Shown here: positions 38,864 through 50,820 of the stretch, one piece after another
Numbering within the stretch: the stretch's first letter is position 1
How the letters are laid out: each line of letters opens with the position of its first letter
NCBI GenBank assembly: GCA_034780895.1
Contig: JAUZTB010000001.1
Coordinates: 125,328,024 to 125,392,023, forward strand
Reading direction: 5' to 3'
DNA: 64,000 nt
Source of the DNA: Rhynchobatus australiae
Taxonomy: Eukaryota
Program-made: the position numbers and the translations under genes
The notes under the pieces: model-generated
Databases searched by the model: none
Told to the model about the DNA's origin: nothing
Seen by the model: the letters and a program-made list of their open reading frames with translations, nothing else

Positions 38864-39132
38864 GTAGGCTAAACTCAAATCATTTCATTTTCTATCACCA
38901 GTTCATTAAGTTAATTATGAAACCCATTTAATTTCTCACAGCAAATGAACTATTGCCTCCAGATTTTTAAGACAAATTGATTTTCACTTAATTGATTTAA
39001 ATTGTTTTTGCCTTCTACAGTTTAACTGTAAAATCTACAATTCTCTTCAGCGTGAAGTAGCTTCAGACACCTGCTCAGTGTCCTGGATTTTAATGAATTG
39101 CATTTTATTTTCCAATTTTGTGCTCCTTGTAG

Positions 39133-39201
39133 ATGAGAGAATAATCAGCATGCTTCGACATCAAAATCTTCTGCGAGAATTGCAGGAACTTGCTGCTGAA
39201 G
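39133..39201 (+). CDS. CHGA: Chromogranin A, coding exon 4
   Basis: 69 bp; DERIISMLRHQNLLRELQELAAE vs human DERILSILRHQNLLKELQDLALQ; canonical splice sites. Confidence 0.97.
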
Positions 39202-39944
39202 GTACTCCCTGATAATTGTTGTTTTGACTCTAAGCTAGGAGTCTTTGTCTTTCTAAGACTGAGAATAGGCTTGGATAGTGTCCATCTCGCACGCCATAAT
39301 TACCAAACTAACACCCATTTTCCCTGTGAACATAACATATTTTCTGCAACTTCGCTAATTGAGGAGGAAAAAATAATACTCTGCCCAGTAATGTGCATGG
39401 CCCTAATGAGTTAATGTTTCAGTTAAGTACTAGAAATCCCACCAGACACAATTTTAGAAACATCCTTCTTGGCTAATACCTGTTATTTCCACTGCCATAA
39501 CACATGTTAACTCCACGTCTCTTCAACTACCAGCTGCTGAATGCCACATCCATGCCTTTTTGTTACCTCTGGACCTGATGGCCAACAGACTCCAAGCTGG
39601 CCTTGCTCATTCTACCCTCCTTATATTAAAGGTCTTCCCAAACTCTGCTGTCAACTTCATAACTGGCACCAAGTCCCATTCACCGATTAAACCATTATTT
39701 CCAGTTCGGCCACATCTCACTACTTGGTTCTTGCCTCTTGTTTTCAAATAATTCTATTGTCTCACCTTTTCCTTTCTCAGTAATCTCCATTCTTGGATAT
39801 TTCTGCACCTCTATTCATGCTTGCTGATCCTTCTGAACATAACTATTCTATATTCCTTGGCACTGTCATAAACATAAACTCTAGAATGCACACCCCACTT
39901 CCTTTAAAAGTCATCTTACAGTTTACCCCTTTGACTATTGGATG

Positions 39945-40265
39945 GCAGAACAGGGGTGTGCCTTGTAGAGCTGTAGCCTCACAGCTCAAGTGACCCAGAT
40001 TCAACTCTGACTTTGGGAGCATCCCAGAGGAAACCCATGTGGTCTCAGGGAGAGTTGTGGGAATTTGCATGCTCTCCCTGTGACCACGTGGGTTTCCTCT
40101 GGGATGCTCTAGCTCCCACCAAAAGGTTAATTGGCCATTGTAAATTGCCCGTAATGTGCAGGTGAATAGTAGAAGCTGGGGAGAATTGACAGGAATTCAG
40201 GGAGAATGAAATGGGAGCTGGGTAATCAGCATGTACCCAATGGGCTGAAGGACCTGTCTCCAAGC
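39945..40265 (+). mobile_element. V-SINE/HE1 in CHGA intron 4 carrying an inverted duplication
   Basis: tRNA head GCCTCACAGCTC..CAGATTCAACTC; V-domain; tail GGGCTGAAGGACCTGT. Confidence 0.8.
40017..40109. repeat. 38-bp inverted repeat with 17-nt spacer
   Basis: GAGCATCCCAGAGGAAACCCATGTGGTCTCAGGGAGAG (40017-40054) vs CTCTCCCTGTGACCACGTGGGTTTCCTCTGGGATGCTC (40072-40109); 36 of 38 Watson-Crick pairs. Confidence 0.95.
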
Positions 40266-40694
40266 TGCCTCTTCTTGTCACGCTAAATGTCTGTCATGTG
40301 CTGGAATAGCCCATGTGGCTCGATGTTAATTTTTGTTTGGTGATAGTCCAGCTATATATCGAGATTGTGGTTGCTGCAGCAGTGAGATATCTGACATCGA
40401 GAAAGATCAGTATATTTTGGAATTGCCCATCAAGCCACTGAGGAATCAATGAACATTTTTGGGGATTCTATTTGCCCAACACTGATTGCAGCACTCCCGA
40501 TAGGGACACATTCCACTCCACCAAAATGTAGATGGCTTGTGTGTTAGCTTGCAAGGTGAAGTCTTAGATTGATTAGGGCCAGAGGTGCTGATGGCATCTA
40601 ACCAGCTGAAACAAAGGAACTTATCATGGTTGCAGGTCTAGCTAATGCCAGCTTCCCATTGCAAACTAGCACACAGCATTTTCCCCAAACAATA

Positions 40695-41108
40695 TCATAG
40701 AACATTACAGCACATTATAGACCCTTCAGCCCACAATGTTGTGCTGATATTTTATCCTGCTCTAATATTTGTCTAACCCTTCCCTCCTATATAGCCCTCC
40801 ATTTTTCTATCATTCATGTGGCTAAGACTCCCTTAAATGTCCCTAATGTATCTGCCCTCACAACCACATTCCATACACCCACCACATTTTTTTCAAAAAA
40901 ACTGACTTCTGACACCCCCCTTATACCTTCCTCTGATCACCTTAAAATTATGCCCTCTCGTGTTAGCCATTTTCGCCCTGGGAGAAAGTCTCTGACTGTG
41001 CACTCGATCTGTGCCTCTTATCTTGTGCACCTCTATCAAGTCACCTCTCATCCTCTTTCTCTCCAAAGAGAAAAGCCCTAGCTCACTCAACCTATCCTCA
41101 TAAGACAT
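40695..41108 (-). mobile_element. CR1/HER1 LINE 3' fragment
   Basis: SYEDRLSELGLFSLERKRMRGDLIEVHKI..TRGHNFKV. Confidence 0.93.
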
Positions 41109-41208
41109 NNNNNNNNNNNNNNNNNNNNNNNNNNNNNNNNNNNNNNNNNNNNNNNNNNNNNNNNNNNNNNNNNNNNNNNNNNNNNNNNNNNNNNNNNNNN
41201 NNNNNNNN

Positions 41209-41368
41209 GGACAGGTTCAAGAGGTTGTTGGATAGGCACATGGAGGAGTGTGGGATAGAGGGATATGCGGGAGGAAAGGGTTAGACGGTGTGAGGTGTGG
41301 TTTGATGGGCGGCACAACACGGTGGGCCGAAGGGCCTGTATTGTGCCGTATTGTTCTGTGGTTCTATG
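41209..41368 (+). mobile_element. CR1/HER1 LINE 3' tail (opposite orientation)
   Basis: TTCAAGAGGTTGTTGGATAGGCACATG..GGGCCGAAGGGCCTGTATTGTGCCGTATTGTTCTGTGGTTCTATG. Confidence 0.8.
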
Positions 41369-41796
41369 GTTGATCCTTAACTTGGTTGAGTTGGCTGATC
41401 ACAGTCCAACTGTGAACAATAAGGAAAGGGGGTAGGACTGTTCCCCATTGGTCAGAGGGAGCAATGGCTGGAAATACTGAGCACTGACTATCTACTCTTG
41501 CTGTCCACGGGAACAATGGGTGGAAGGTGATATTGAACCTGTTGCACAATTAGTTAATATTTCCATAACCTTTCCAGTTACTAGAAAAGCTACATGGTGC
41601 TGTCTGGGGAGTGAGCTGGAGTAAAAAGCACAGCTGAATAAGGTCCAGTAACATGGCTGGGTAGGGCTGTCCATGTCTGTAAGCGAGACCCCTGGAGCAG
41701 TGAGGGGTCTAGATGTTACACTCAGGTGCCAAGTGCTGTCGCCTCCTGATCTGGTCACCCACCCGCAGAAGAGGAATCTCCCTAAGACGTTCTCTG

Positions 41797-42515
41797 CATA
41801 GAGCATAGAGCAGTACAGCACAGTACGGGCCCCTCAGCTGACCAATATACACCTACTCCACGATCAATCTAACCCTTCCCTCCTACACAGCCCATAACCC
41901 TCCATTTTTCTTACATCGATGTGCCTATCTAAGAGTCTTTTAAATGTCCCTAATGTATCAGCCTCTACCACTAACCCCAGCAGTGCGTTCCAGGCACCCA
42001 CCACTATCTGAGTAAAAGAACTTACCCCGACATCTCCCCTATACCTTCCTCCAATCACCTTAATATTAGGCCCCCTCATGTGAGCCATTTTCACCCTGGG
42101 AAAATGTTTCTGACTGTCCACTCAGTCTATACCTTTTATCATCTTGTGCACCTCTATCAAGTCACCTCTCATCTTCCTCCGCCCAAAGGGAAAAGCCCTG
42201 GCTGGCTCATCTTTTCTCATTAAATATGTTCTCCAATCCAGGCAGCATCCTGGTAAATCTCCTCTGCACCTTCTCTAAAGCTTCCACATCCTTCCTATAA
42301 TGAGGTGACCAGAAATGAACAAAATAATCCAAGTGTGGTCTAACCAGAGTTCTATAGAGCTGCAACATTAACTCATGGCTCTTGAACTCAGTACCCCAAC
42401 TAATGAAGGCCAACCCACCAAACGCCTTCATAACAACCCTATCGACCTGTGCAACAACTTTGAGGAATCCATGGATGTGGACCCCAAGATCCCTCTGTTC
42501 CTCCACACTGCTAGG
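41797..42515 (-). mobile_element. CR1/HER1 LINE 3' fragment
   Basis: EQRDLGVHI..LYRTLVRPHLDYFVHFWSPHYRKDVEALEKVQRRFTRMLPGL; GAWNAL..TFKRLLDRH. Confidence 0.95.
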
Positions 42516-42911
42516 AGTCCTACCAACTATCAGCCAACTGTCTTAACCATTGAACAAAATACCCAGCCTTCACCATGAACATTAATTCCATTGTCCATTA
42601 TTTCTAGCAGTTAAACACACAACTGGCAATCTGATTATTTAAGCAACTTTAAACAAAGTGTTAATAAAGACATCTGCAAATAAGCATAGTGAAACCTGAT
42701 ACTTCTGTTTGTACCACTAAGTTATTGCAATGTTGACAGAATGTGAAGGTAGGAGTAACTTCATTCTCAGGGTGGCAGAACATTAGCATCTGATATCATC
42801 AAGGATATAGTAAACTGGAAATCTGAGAAAGGCAATGATACTTAACTTCCAGCTCTGGATGAGACTGAAAGACTGTCTCCATAACAAATTTTCTTTGATA
42901 TTTTGGTTCAG

Positions 42912-43001
42912 GGGCCAATGAGAAGGCACTACAGAAGAAGAACAACGATTATAAAGAGAAGCAACTTGCAGCTCTCAAGAATGATGACAACAAAAAGATA
43001 G
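42912..43001 (+). CDS. CHGA: Chromogranin A, coding exon 5
   Basis: ttcag acceptor; 90 bp; GANEKALQKKNNDYKEKQLAALKNDDNKKI, including the KK site that ends vasostatin-I; phase 1-1; gtttgt donor. Confidence 0.9.
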   Translation, partial: GPMRRHYRRRTTIIKRSNLQLSRMMTTKR

Positions 43002-43742
43002 GTTTGTGTCGAAGTAACCCACCAAGGGCACACTGCAAAAGTTCTGCTTAATCCAAACACCTGTTCAGTTGCAGTTCATATTTCTAATCAATTATGAAAC
43101 ATTAGCTAAATGTTCGTGCAGCATTTCGGATGAAAGTATTTGTATGAGGCAGCAATTTTAGTTTGCAAATGTTATTCAGCTGAGGCTGCCTAAAATAGAT
43201 TACATGGCAAACAATAGTATTGCTAAAACTTAGTTTGTAACTTTTAACACTGTAACCATATATCTTAAAAGCCAAGTATTGCAGATATTTACAAAAAGCG
43301 GCAGGACAAGTCAGATTTTACCTGACCACCTGGGTAGCTCCAGCATTTTCTGTTTTATTATTGCATACATTGCTATCCTTGCTATGTTGGTGGTGAGGGG
43401 ATGGGAGTCTCGGGAGGATGGGGGGGGGTGGGGTAGGGTAAGACAGTGGGGGAATGAAGCTGGTATTAATTTAAGATGATGATTTCCATTAAACAACAAA
43501 CTATTTGTTTGCCTTTGTTCCTCTTAGGAATTGTAGGGGCAGATTTGTCTTTGACTTTTGGAACTCAAATGTTATTGTTTATAGTCATTTCTCCATTTGG
43601 GTGCCAAGCATACACTAGCGATTAAAGACAAATTGCCACCCTATTGTCTTTAGAGAAGATGTGTTTGTCGTTATGATAACTGAGTAAAAGCAAGTAACTG
43701 AGGTATTTTCAAATTTCACTTAGCATATCGATTGTTTTGCAG

Positions 43743-44626
43743 ATTACTCTCAAGAGATTCCAGCACAAGAACAGCAAAGATCCACTACTGAGAAAGTGGT
43801 AATTAAGGATGATGAGGAGGAGACCATAAAGGAGAGACGACCAGCTGTAAGAAGGCACAGCTTTATGAATATTAGGGATACAACTACTGATGCGAACAGC
43901 ATTGCAACTGATAGAGATGGAAGAACAGCAAGGAAACTCCCAATAGGAAATAAGTCAACGAAAAGTGAATCCTCTGAAAATGAATCTGCTGTGGACCAAC
44001 CCCAGGAATGGGGGCAAAGTGAGAAGCACAGTACAGAGGCGCATGATGAGGAGGACACTGAAGAAGTGGGTGATCATCAAATCANNNNNNNNNNNNNNNN
44101 NNNNNNNNNNNNNNNNNNNNNNNNNNNNNNNNNNNNNNNNNNNNNNNNNNNNNNNNNNNNNNNNNNNNNNNNNNNNNNNNNNNNNNNNNNNNNNNNNNNN
44201 NNNNNNNNNNNNNNNNNNNNNNNNNNNNNNNNNNNNNNNNNNNNNNNNNNNNNNNNNNNNNNNNNNNNNNNNNNNNNNNNNNNNNNNNNNNNNNNNNNNN
44301 NNNNNNNNNNNNNNNNNNNNNNNNNNNNNNNNNNNNNNNNNNNNNNNNNNNNNNNNNNNNNNNNNNNNNNNNNNNNNNNNNNNNNNNNNNNNNNNNNNNN
44401 NNNNNNNNNNNNNNNNNNNNNNNNNNNNNNNNNNNNNNNNNNNNNNNNNNNNNNNNNNNNNNNNNNNNNNNNNNNNNNNNNNNNNNNNNNNNNNNNNNNN
44501 NNNNNNNNNNNNNNNNNNNNNNNCGGGCAAAAAGAGAAAGTGTTCATTGCATCATCCACATTGCGAAAAAGGCTCGATGTTGAGGATAAGAAAGAAGAGG
44601 AAGGAAGTGCCACCAGGAAAAGTGAG
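43743..44626 (+). CDS. CHGA: Chromogranin A, large acidic exon (equivalent to mammalian exons 6+7; 44085-44523 is N)
   Basis: ttgcag acceptor; acidic ORF DYSQEIPAQEQQ...; the same frame after the N run gives KRLDVEDKKEEEGSATRKSE (human EEKKEEEGSANRRPE); donor GAG|gtttgt. An intron hidden in the Ns cannot be excluded. Confidence 0.85.
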
Positions 44627-47505
44627 GTTTGTATCATTTTTAAGTGCTTGGCTGATGTATTGTGGTGTTTCCCATTGGCAGTAATCTGGATTAAAGTTGT
44701 GATCTTTAGCTGCTAGAGCAGAGCAGTCACTTGTTAAGCTTGTGTCTGAAAGCCATTGCTTGGGTACTCCCTTTGGGGAGCAGATGTTTCTGTAGTTTGG
44801 CAACTGCATGTAAACTCTCATCCTCTGTCCTTGGAGAGCAATTCATCAACGTCAGGAAAAACAAGGAAATGGCTGCCTTTCTGTTTTAATATCTTGCAGC
44901 TTGATAGGTTGAGACAAAGCATCTGATGTATCTGTCCAGATAAGTGGCTTGTGGACATTTGTCTGCAGTTGTAAGTTTTAAATGGAAGCTCAAGTCATTG
45001 GATTTGTAATGGATGGCTAATCCTGTACACTAGTTGCTCCCCAGGTTGCATACATTGTTTGTATTTAATTATATCAGTTATTAACAATGTGACAAGGAAA
45101 GGTACTTCAAGAAATATGTTATACAAGTGCACCCTGGATCCATATTTACCCTAACATTCAATAGGAGGTGTGAGGGGTCATTGAAGGGTGCCTGGTGAAG
45201 GGCAAAGAGGGTTGCTTCACTGGAAGCTAGAGAATGTATCAAGCCTTGAAGAGGAGAAAACTGTAGGTTGAGAGAGGAAGTTGAGCATTACAACAATCCA
45301 GAAGTAATTAAATTGTTTTTGCTTTTAAATGAGTGCAATGACTCACCTGCATGGTTTATCAACATGGCCACCTGTCACACCTGGAATTAGGAATGTGGAG
45401 GTGTTCCAGTCAGCACCTAGTGGACAGAACATGAAACTACAGACACACTCAACCCAAACTTCTTAAAGGGGAATTCCAAATTTGTGGTCATTTGAAACCA
45501 AAGCCTTTAAAAGGAAAACACCGCAAATGTACCAGGTACAGACTACTTTACCTACAATAGCAATATGATGTATAAACAATTAATTTTATGAATTCTACAA
45601 AGAGTTTAGATGGCAGAACATTCCAATACTTGTAAAGCAACAGTGTAAGGAAAGGTATTGTTTATAACATGATTATTAGACTAGAATAGAAAGTATTACT
45701 GAAATCTGGTAGTATTGATTTTTGGGGAATAATGGTTACCTGCAGACACCATGGAATACAAAGGATCACCCAAGCCATTTACTTCCAGCAGTCCATGCCA
45801 GCATCCATGCTGCACTCAAGATTCTTTCTGCCTTGTCTCCACCTCAGGGTAATCTTCTATTCCTTTCCAGTCACCTCTAAAGTGCATCTATACTGTTAGC
45901 TTCAACAACTCCTGGTGGTAGCAACTTTTACATTCTCACCAGTCTTTGATGTTCCTCCGGAATTTCTCACGGGCCATTTGGAAACAACTTTCAAATGGCA
46001 GAACAGATTTACTTCAGCTCTCAGATGGTCATGAGACAAACAATGAGGGAAAAACCTCCAAGTGACAGATCAAGTGGTCCAGTATGTTGTTGACCCCACA
46101 TACAGTAAGATTTATCTGCAATAATGTGACTTTGTGGTGCTTTCAGCATGGCACAACTTCACAGAAGTATTGATGAACAGGAGCCACTTGAGAGCCACTA
46201 GATCAGGTGATCAAAGCACCTAGTTTTAAGTCTCTTAAATGAGAAAAGCAGAGGTTTGAGGAAATTCTAGGCCATAATTCCTAGTTGACTATATTGGAAT
46301 GCTAAGCATGATACAAAAAAATTTACTTATTTTGTTCAAATTCTCTTTTAAAGCATTAACCGTGCCTGAAGGATGGTTTCATGCCATGGATAGATTCTAA
46401 GCAAATCCTTTTTACAAAACTAGCTTAAAGTCAAAATTGAATGATTTGCAAGTGGCAAATAGCACCTTTAATAACGAGGGTGCATTGCTTTTATATTTGA
46501 GGTTCAAGACAGCAGAAGCATGAATTTGGAAATGTGGCCAGCATGTTTATTTTTACCTCATTAGTTATCAAGAAAGACAGGTGCACTGCCTGTTATATTG
46601 TACTCTGGTTCAGTATATTTTGCCAACTGATCCCCCTCAGTGACATTGAGAAAACACTAAGCATTGACCAGGAGTGCTCATTGCCCATTTGGTCCAGCTG
46701 AGGTTTGGGGTTCAATGTGGCCAATAGTCAGAAAAATGTGAACTTGCCCTACTGTGGTTTGTTATTTTACCAACAATGACAATTAATTTGCCTTGTTGTT
46801 GTTTTCAAATCTTGCTTATCCAAAGGAAAACCTATAAATCCATTGCTGCCCTGGTGCATTACTCTGGGGTAGCCTAAACAGTGGAACGTGATTCTATTAT
46901 TTAGTGCAGATCCATTTGAAGCTGAGAGCAGAGAGGAATGACAGATTGTGGAGTGATCCTGAAAATAAACTGAGGGAAAGACTGAAGTACAGAATAGTAA
47001 AATTAAAACCACTGAACCAGGAGAGAAATAAGTTTCAGTTTTATTAGCTTGCAAATAAGCTCTGATAACATCTTCAGGGCACTTCTCAAAACATAGAATA
47101 TTTACAGCTGTTGCATTCAGCTCCCATTACAAAATGGCTTTATGGATCAATTATGTCTTTTATAATTTATTTAACATTAATTCCATTCTGGTTGAAACAT
47201 CATAAAGCTTGTACTTAAACATAGTATTTATTGTTGTTAACCTGGTTTTATGAGACAATAAATTATGGTCTTGGAGTCACCTCTGAGCTGGTTTTCAAGC
47301 TTCAATTTTCATGACTCAGTACAGATGCTTAACCAACGGACAGGCAAACTGTGTAATATTCAGTACTTCAGCATGGCAGTTATCTCTTTCCATTAGTCAT
47401 TAGTTATAGCTCTTTTACCATGTTCTTAATTTCAAAGTGTCTGTCATCTTTATTCTGAGAAGGTATAGTTAAAGTAACAATTCAATGAATACTTTATTTT
47501 TCCAG

Positions 47506-47589
47506 GAGCCAGAAGTGGAGAGCCTCGAAGAGATTGAAAGTGAACTGGAAGCAATGGCAAGAAGGTTACACCAAATGCGTAGTCGTTAA
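47506..47589 (+). CDS. CHGA: Chromogranin A, last coding exon (serpinin region)
   Basis: tttccag acceptor; 84 bp including TAA; EPEVESLEEIESELEAMARRLHQMRSR* vs human DQELESLSAIEAELEKVAHQLQALRRG*. Confidence 0.96.
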   Translation, partial: EPEVESLEEIESELEAMARRLHQMRSR

Positions 47590-47971
47590 ATGTAGTGCTA
47601 CAAAGCCTAATAATGAAGCAACTATCAGCACCTTCAAAGTACATTTTGTTTGACAAGTAATATTTTATCAAGTGCATCAAAATCATGAGTGTTCAAATCA
47701 TTTTTTTTCCCATTTGAGGTGCTGCCATACTCATGCTTACTAAAATCATTTTGCACCATTTTATTTAGGGCAACTCTCATTGCATTCTTTTCTTTCTACA
47801 GTAGCTGAATGAGTTTGCAATATTTTACTTTATGGATTAAAATGCAATGGCTTTTTAGAATACCCTATGAAAAGACATGAAATTCATTAAAATAGTGTTG
47901 TACTTGGACACTGTCTGTGCCAAGTCAAACTAATTATACTGTATATTCTATATACAATTTATGTAATTTAA

Positions 47972-47982
47972 AATAAAATAAA
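47972..47982 (+). terminator. CHGA polyadenylation signals (two overlapping AATAAA)
   Basis: AAATAAAATAAAATAA about 380 nt after the stop, followed by a T-rich tract near 48009-48020. Confidence 0.7.
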
Positions 47983-48099
47983 ATAACTTAGCCCATGGTC
48001 GTTGCAACATTTTTTCTTTCATTTTGGAGGGGTAAAAAAGGGAATGTAAGATTCTAAATTTAAACTATGAATGAGCAGAGAGATCCTTAAAGTGTGGTT

Positions 48100-48660
48100 G
48101 GGTATGTTTATGTGCTTTCTTTTGAGAAAAAGTTGCTTGGGATTGGAATATAAAAGCAAAGGGACAATATGAAGATCTTACAAATCACTGGTTAGGTGTC
48201 ACCTGGACTACCAAGGACACATCTGAGTGTTATACTTGAAGGAAAATGTAAGGTCTTAAGGGTACATGGTTTACTAGGCTGTTACTAGAGATGAGGATCT
48301 TTGGTTACAAGAGGCTAGAACAATTAGCCCTATTCTGCTTGGAACAGAGAAGATTAAGGGGTGACCTAATTAAAGCTTAAAGACAAACATCTCAGATAGC
48401 ATGGTTTAAGAAAAAATCTATTCCCTCTGGCAATGTGTCAATACTGATAGTTAAGATCACAGGATCCAGATGAAAGATAAAGAGAATGTTATTTTCCACC
48501 TTGGTAGTTCTTAGGGATTTGGAAATAAAATAGAAAATGAATCCATAAATTTTAAAAAGGGCATTAAAGAGGTACAAGGTTTAGAGACAGAGTAAATGTG
48601 TGGGACTAAGTGTGATAGCAGAGCATAGACACAATGGGTGAATAGCCTTGGGTTTATGCT
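48100..48660 (+). mobile_element. Highly degraded CR1 fragment
   Basis: AAATCACTGGTTAGG..CACCTGGACTAC; GAGAAGATTAAGGGGTGACCTAAT. Confidence 0.55.
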
Positions 48661-50137
48661 TTAATCTGTCAGTTGTGAGTATCCTACTATAACTACAGGT
48701 AAAATCGCTGTTTCAGTTTTATCTATTCATACATGTTCATTGTAAACATACATGATTAATATTATTGAACAAAAATAATTTACTTTTAACTTTTCATTTA
48801 GAATTATGGTGTGACCTGGTCAGTACTACCGCAGAGAAGCAGCTGTTAATAGACAATGTTCCAGGTAGTGTCTCATGTCCATTTAATAGGATGATAAGCA
48901 AATTAGGGATACGGGGATTTGATGGGTCTTTTATTGAAAAATGGATAATAACGGAAGGGCAACAAGAAAGCACTTGGATTCATTTCACATCACTGGAATT
49001 AGCTCAATACAAGGCATAAGGTCTTTCAGGACTCAAGATGCATCAAATGAGAAAAGCGAGCTTTCATGGTGTACATTATTACTTTTAGGCATTTAAATCT
49101 CTGTGGCATTTCTGCATAGCCAACTCTCAAGATTAAAAAAACCTGTCATAATGCAATCTTGATCAATTAGCCAGCAAAGACAACAGTCCTCCCATCAAGT
49201 AAGATGCAAAGTGGCACTGAGCTTAGAGACAGTCTGCTTTCAGAAGTTAAAAATGGGGGAGGTCGTGTGGCATTGCACGTCAGCCTGAAACAACTCTGAC
49301 AAATTTCCAGATACAGCATTATTTGCTGCTGAGCTCTGCAATTTTGCATTAAATGCTCCAGAGGCTGTGAATTCTGGCGCCTGCATTGTAATCAATTACT
49401 AACTACTGCAGATACTGGACATCTGACATTTGCAGAGAAGCTGCTGGAAAGCATTCTCAGGTGTAAGCAGCATCTGGGAAGGACCAGAGCTAACCTTTCA
49501 GGTTGACAAACATTCACCAGAACTGGATATGTCAGGGACTGAAGAATCACTTTGACACCTCCTTCAGGTATTAAACATTCCCCAAGATGAGGTGATTTAG
49601 CCCAAATTTAACACAATACACTCTCTTGGTAAATGAATTGAAGCATGCATAAGAATCGGCCATCTAGAGAATATTAAGGTGCACAGTGTCACTCATATTG
49701 CCTGGTGGTAACTGAGGCTGCAAAGCACCTTACTGAGTAGCATTTGACCCAGCACCCATTCCTATAAGGGATCAGCGGATTGTCACTAGAGGCTTCCAAG
49801 TGCTAATCATGGAGCCACCGGCCCCTTTTTATGTTCACTTGGTTACTATTATTATTTTTGTCCTACATACCAAGGTAGAGTGAAAAGCTTTTGTTTGCAT
49901 GCCATCCAGACAGATCATTCCATACACAAGTACACCCTTCCGTACACTTATGGCTGGAGGTTTGAAAAGAGGACATGCCAACACTCAATATTCACACCAG
50001 AAATGTTCTGAGAATTTCCACATTATCGGACACCTTACATGTGTCACCAGGAATCAGATTGCTTGGTGAAAGATATTTTGCTAGGAGGCACTTGGTTTGT
50101 AAAATAAGTGGAAGAATAAGAGGCCAGGCAGAGCAGC

Positions 50138-50350
50138 ATATAACATAACAGCACAGTACAGGCCCTTCGGCCCACGATGTTGTGCCGACATTTTATCCTG
50201 CTCTAAGATCTAGCTAACCCTTCCCTCCCACATAGCCCTCCTTTTCCCTTTCATTCATGTGTCTAAGAGTCTCTTAAATGTCCCTAATGTATCTGCCCCC
50301 ACAACTTCTGTAGGCAGTGCGTTCCACACACCAACCACTGTGTGTGAAAA
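50138..50350 (-). mobile_element. CR1/HER1 LINE 3' tail
   Basis: VVGVWNALP..TFKRLLD; near-identical tail to the copies at 40695 and 52070. Confidence 0.88.
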
Positions 50351-50524
50351 NNNNNNNNNNNNNNNNNNNNNNNNNNNNNNNNNNNNNNNNNNNNNNNNNN
50401 NNNNNNNNNNNNNNNNNNNNNNNNNNNNNNNNNNNNNNNNNNNNNNNNNNAACATGCCACGATGGGAAGTGCTGGGTGGGGACAGAGGACTGGATCAAGG
50501 GATCGCAACTAGAGCACTCCTTTT

Positions 50525-50820
50525 AAAATGCTGAAAGAGGAGGAGATACATATCCTGTGGTGGAATCTTGTAGGTGCTGGTTTAAATTGCAGAGCGTGAT
50601 CCATTGAATGAAGAGTCTGGTGGGGTGGAAGGTAAAGACTGGGACATTTTTTACTCTGTTCAGAGAGAGGGGGTTGAACACAGAAGTGCAGGCAACAGAT
50701 GGTATATGATCAAGGACTTTGTCCACTGATGTAGGGGGGAGGCCATGGTTTAGGAAGAAGGAAGACATTTCTGAGGCATCTGTGCAGGATGTCCCATCGT
50801 GAGAGCAAATATGACAGAGA
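50525..50820 (-). mobile_element. Penelope ORF fragment (RT-to-GIY-YIG linker)
   Basis: ICSHDGTS..SEMSSFFLNHGLP..VPVFTFHPT..QWITLCN..LQDSTT..PPLSAF. Confidence 0.75.

Noticed and set aside
43796-44716. Caldesmon/LSP1-like acidic single-exon protein
   Set aside because: It is an internal CHGA exon; the vasostatin and serpinin exons and the ITPK1 synteny settle the identity.
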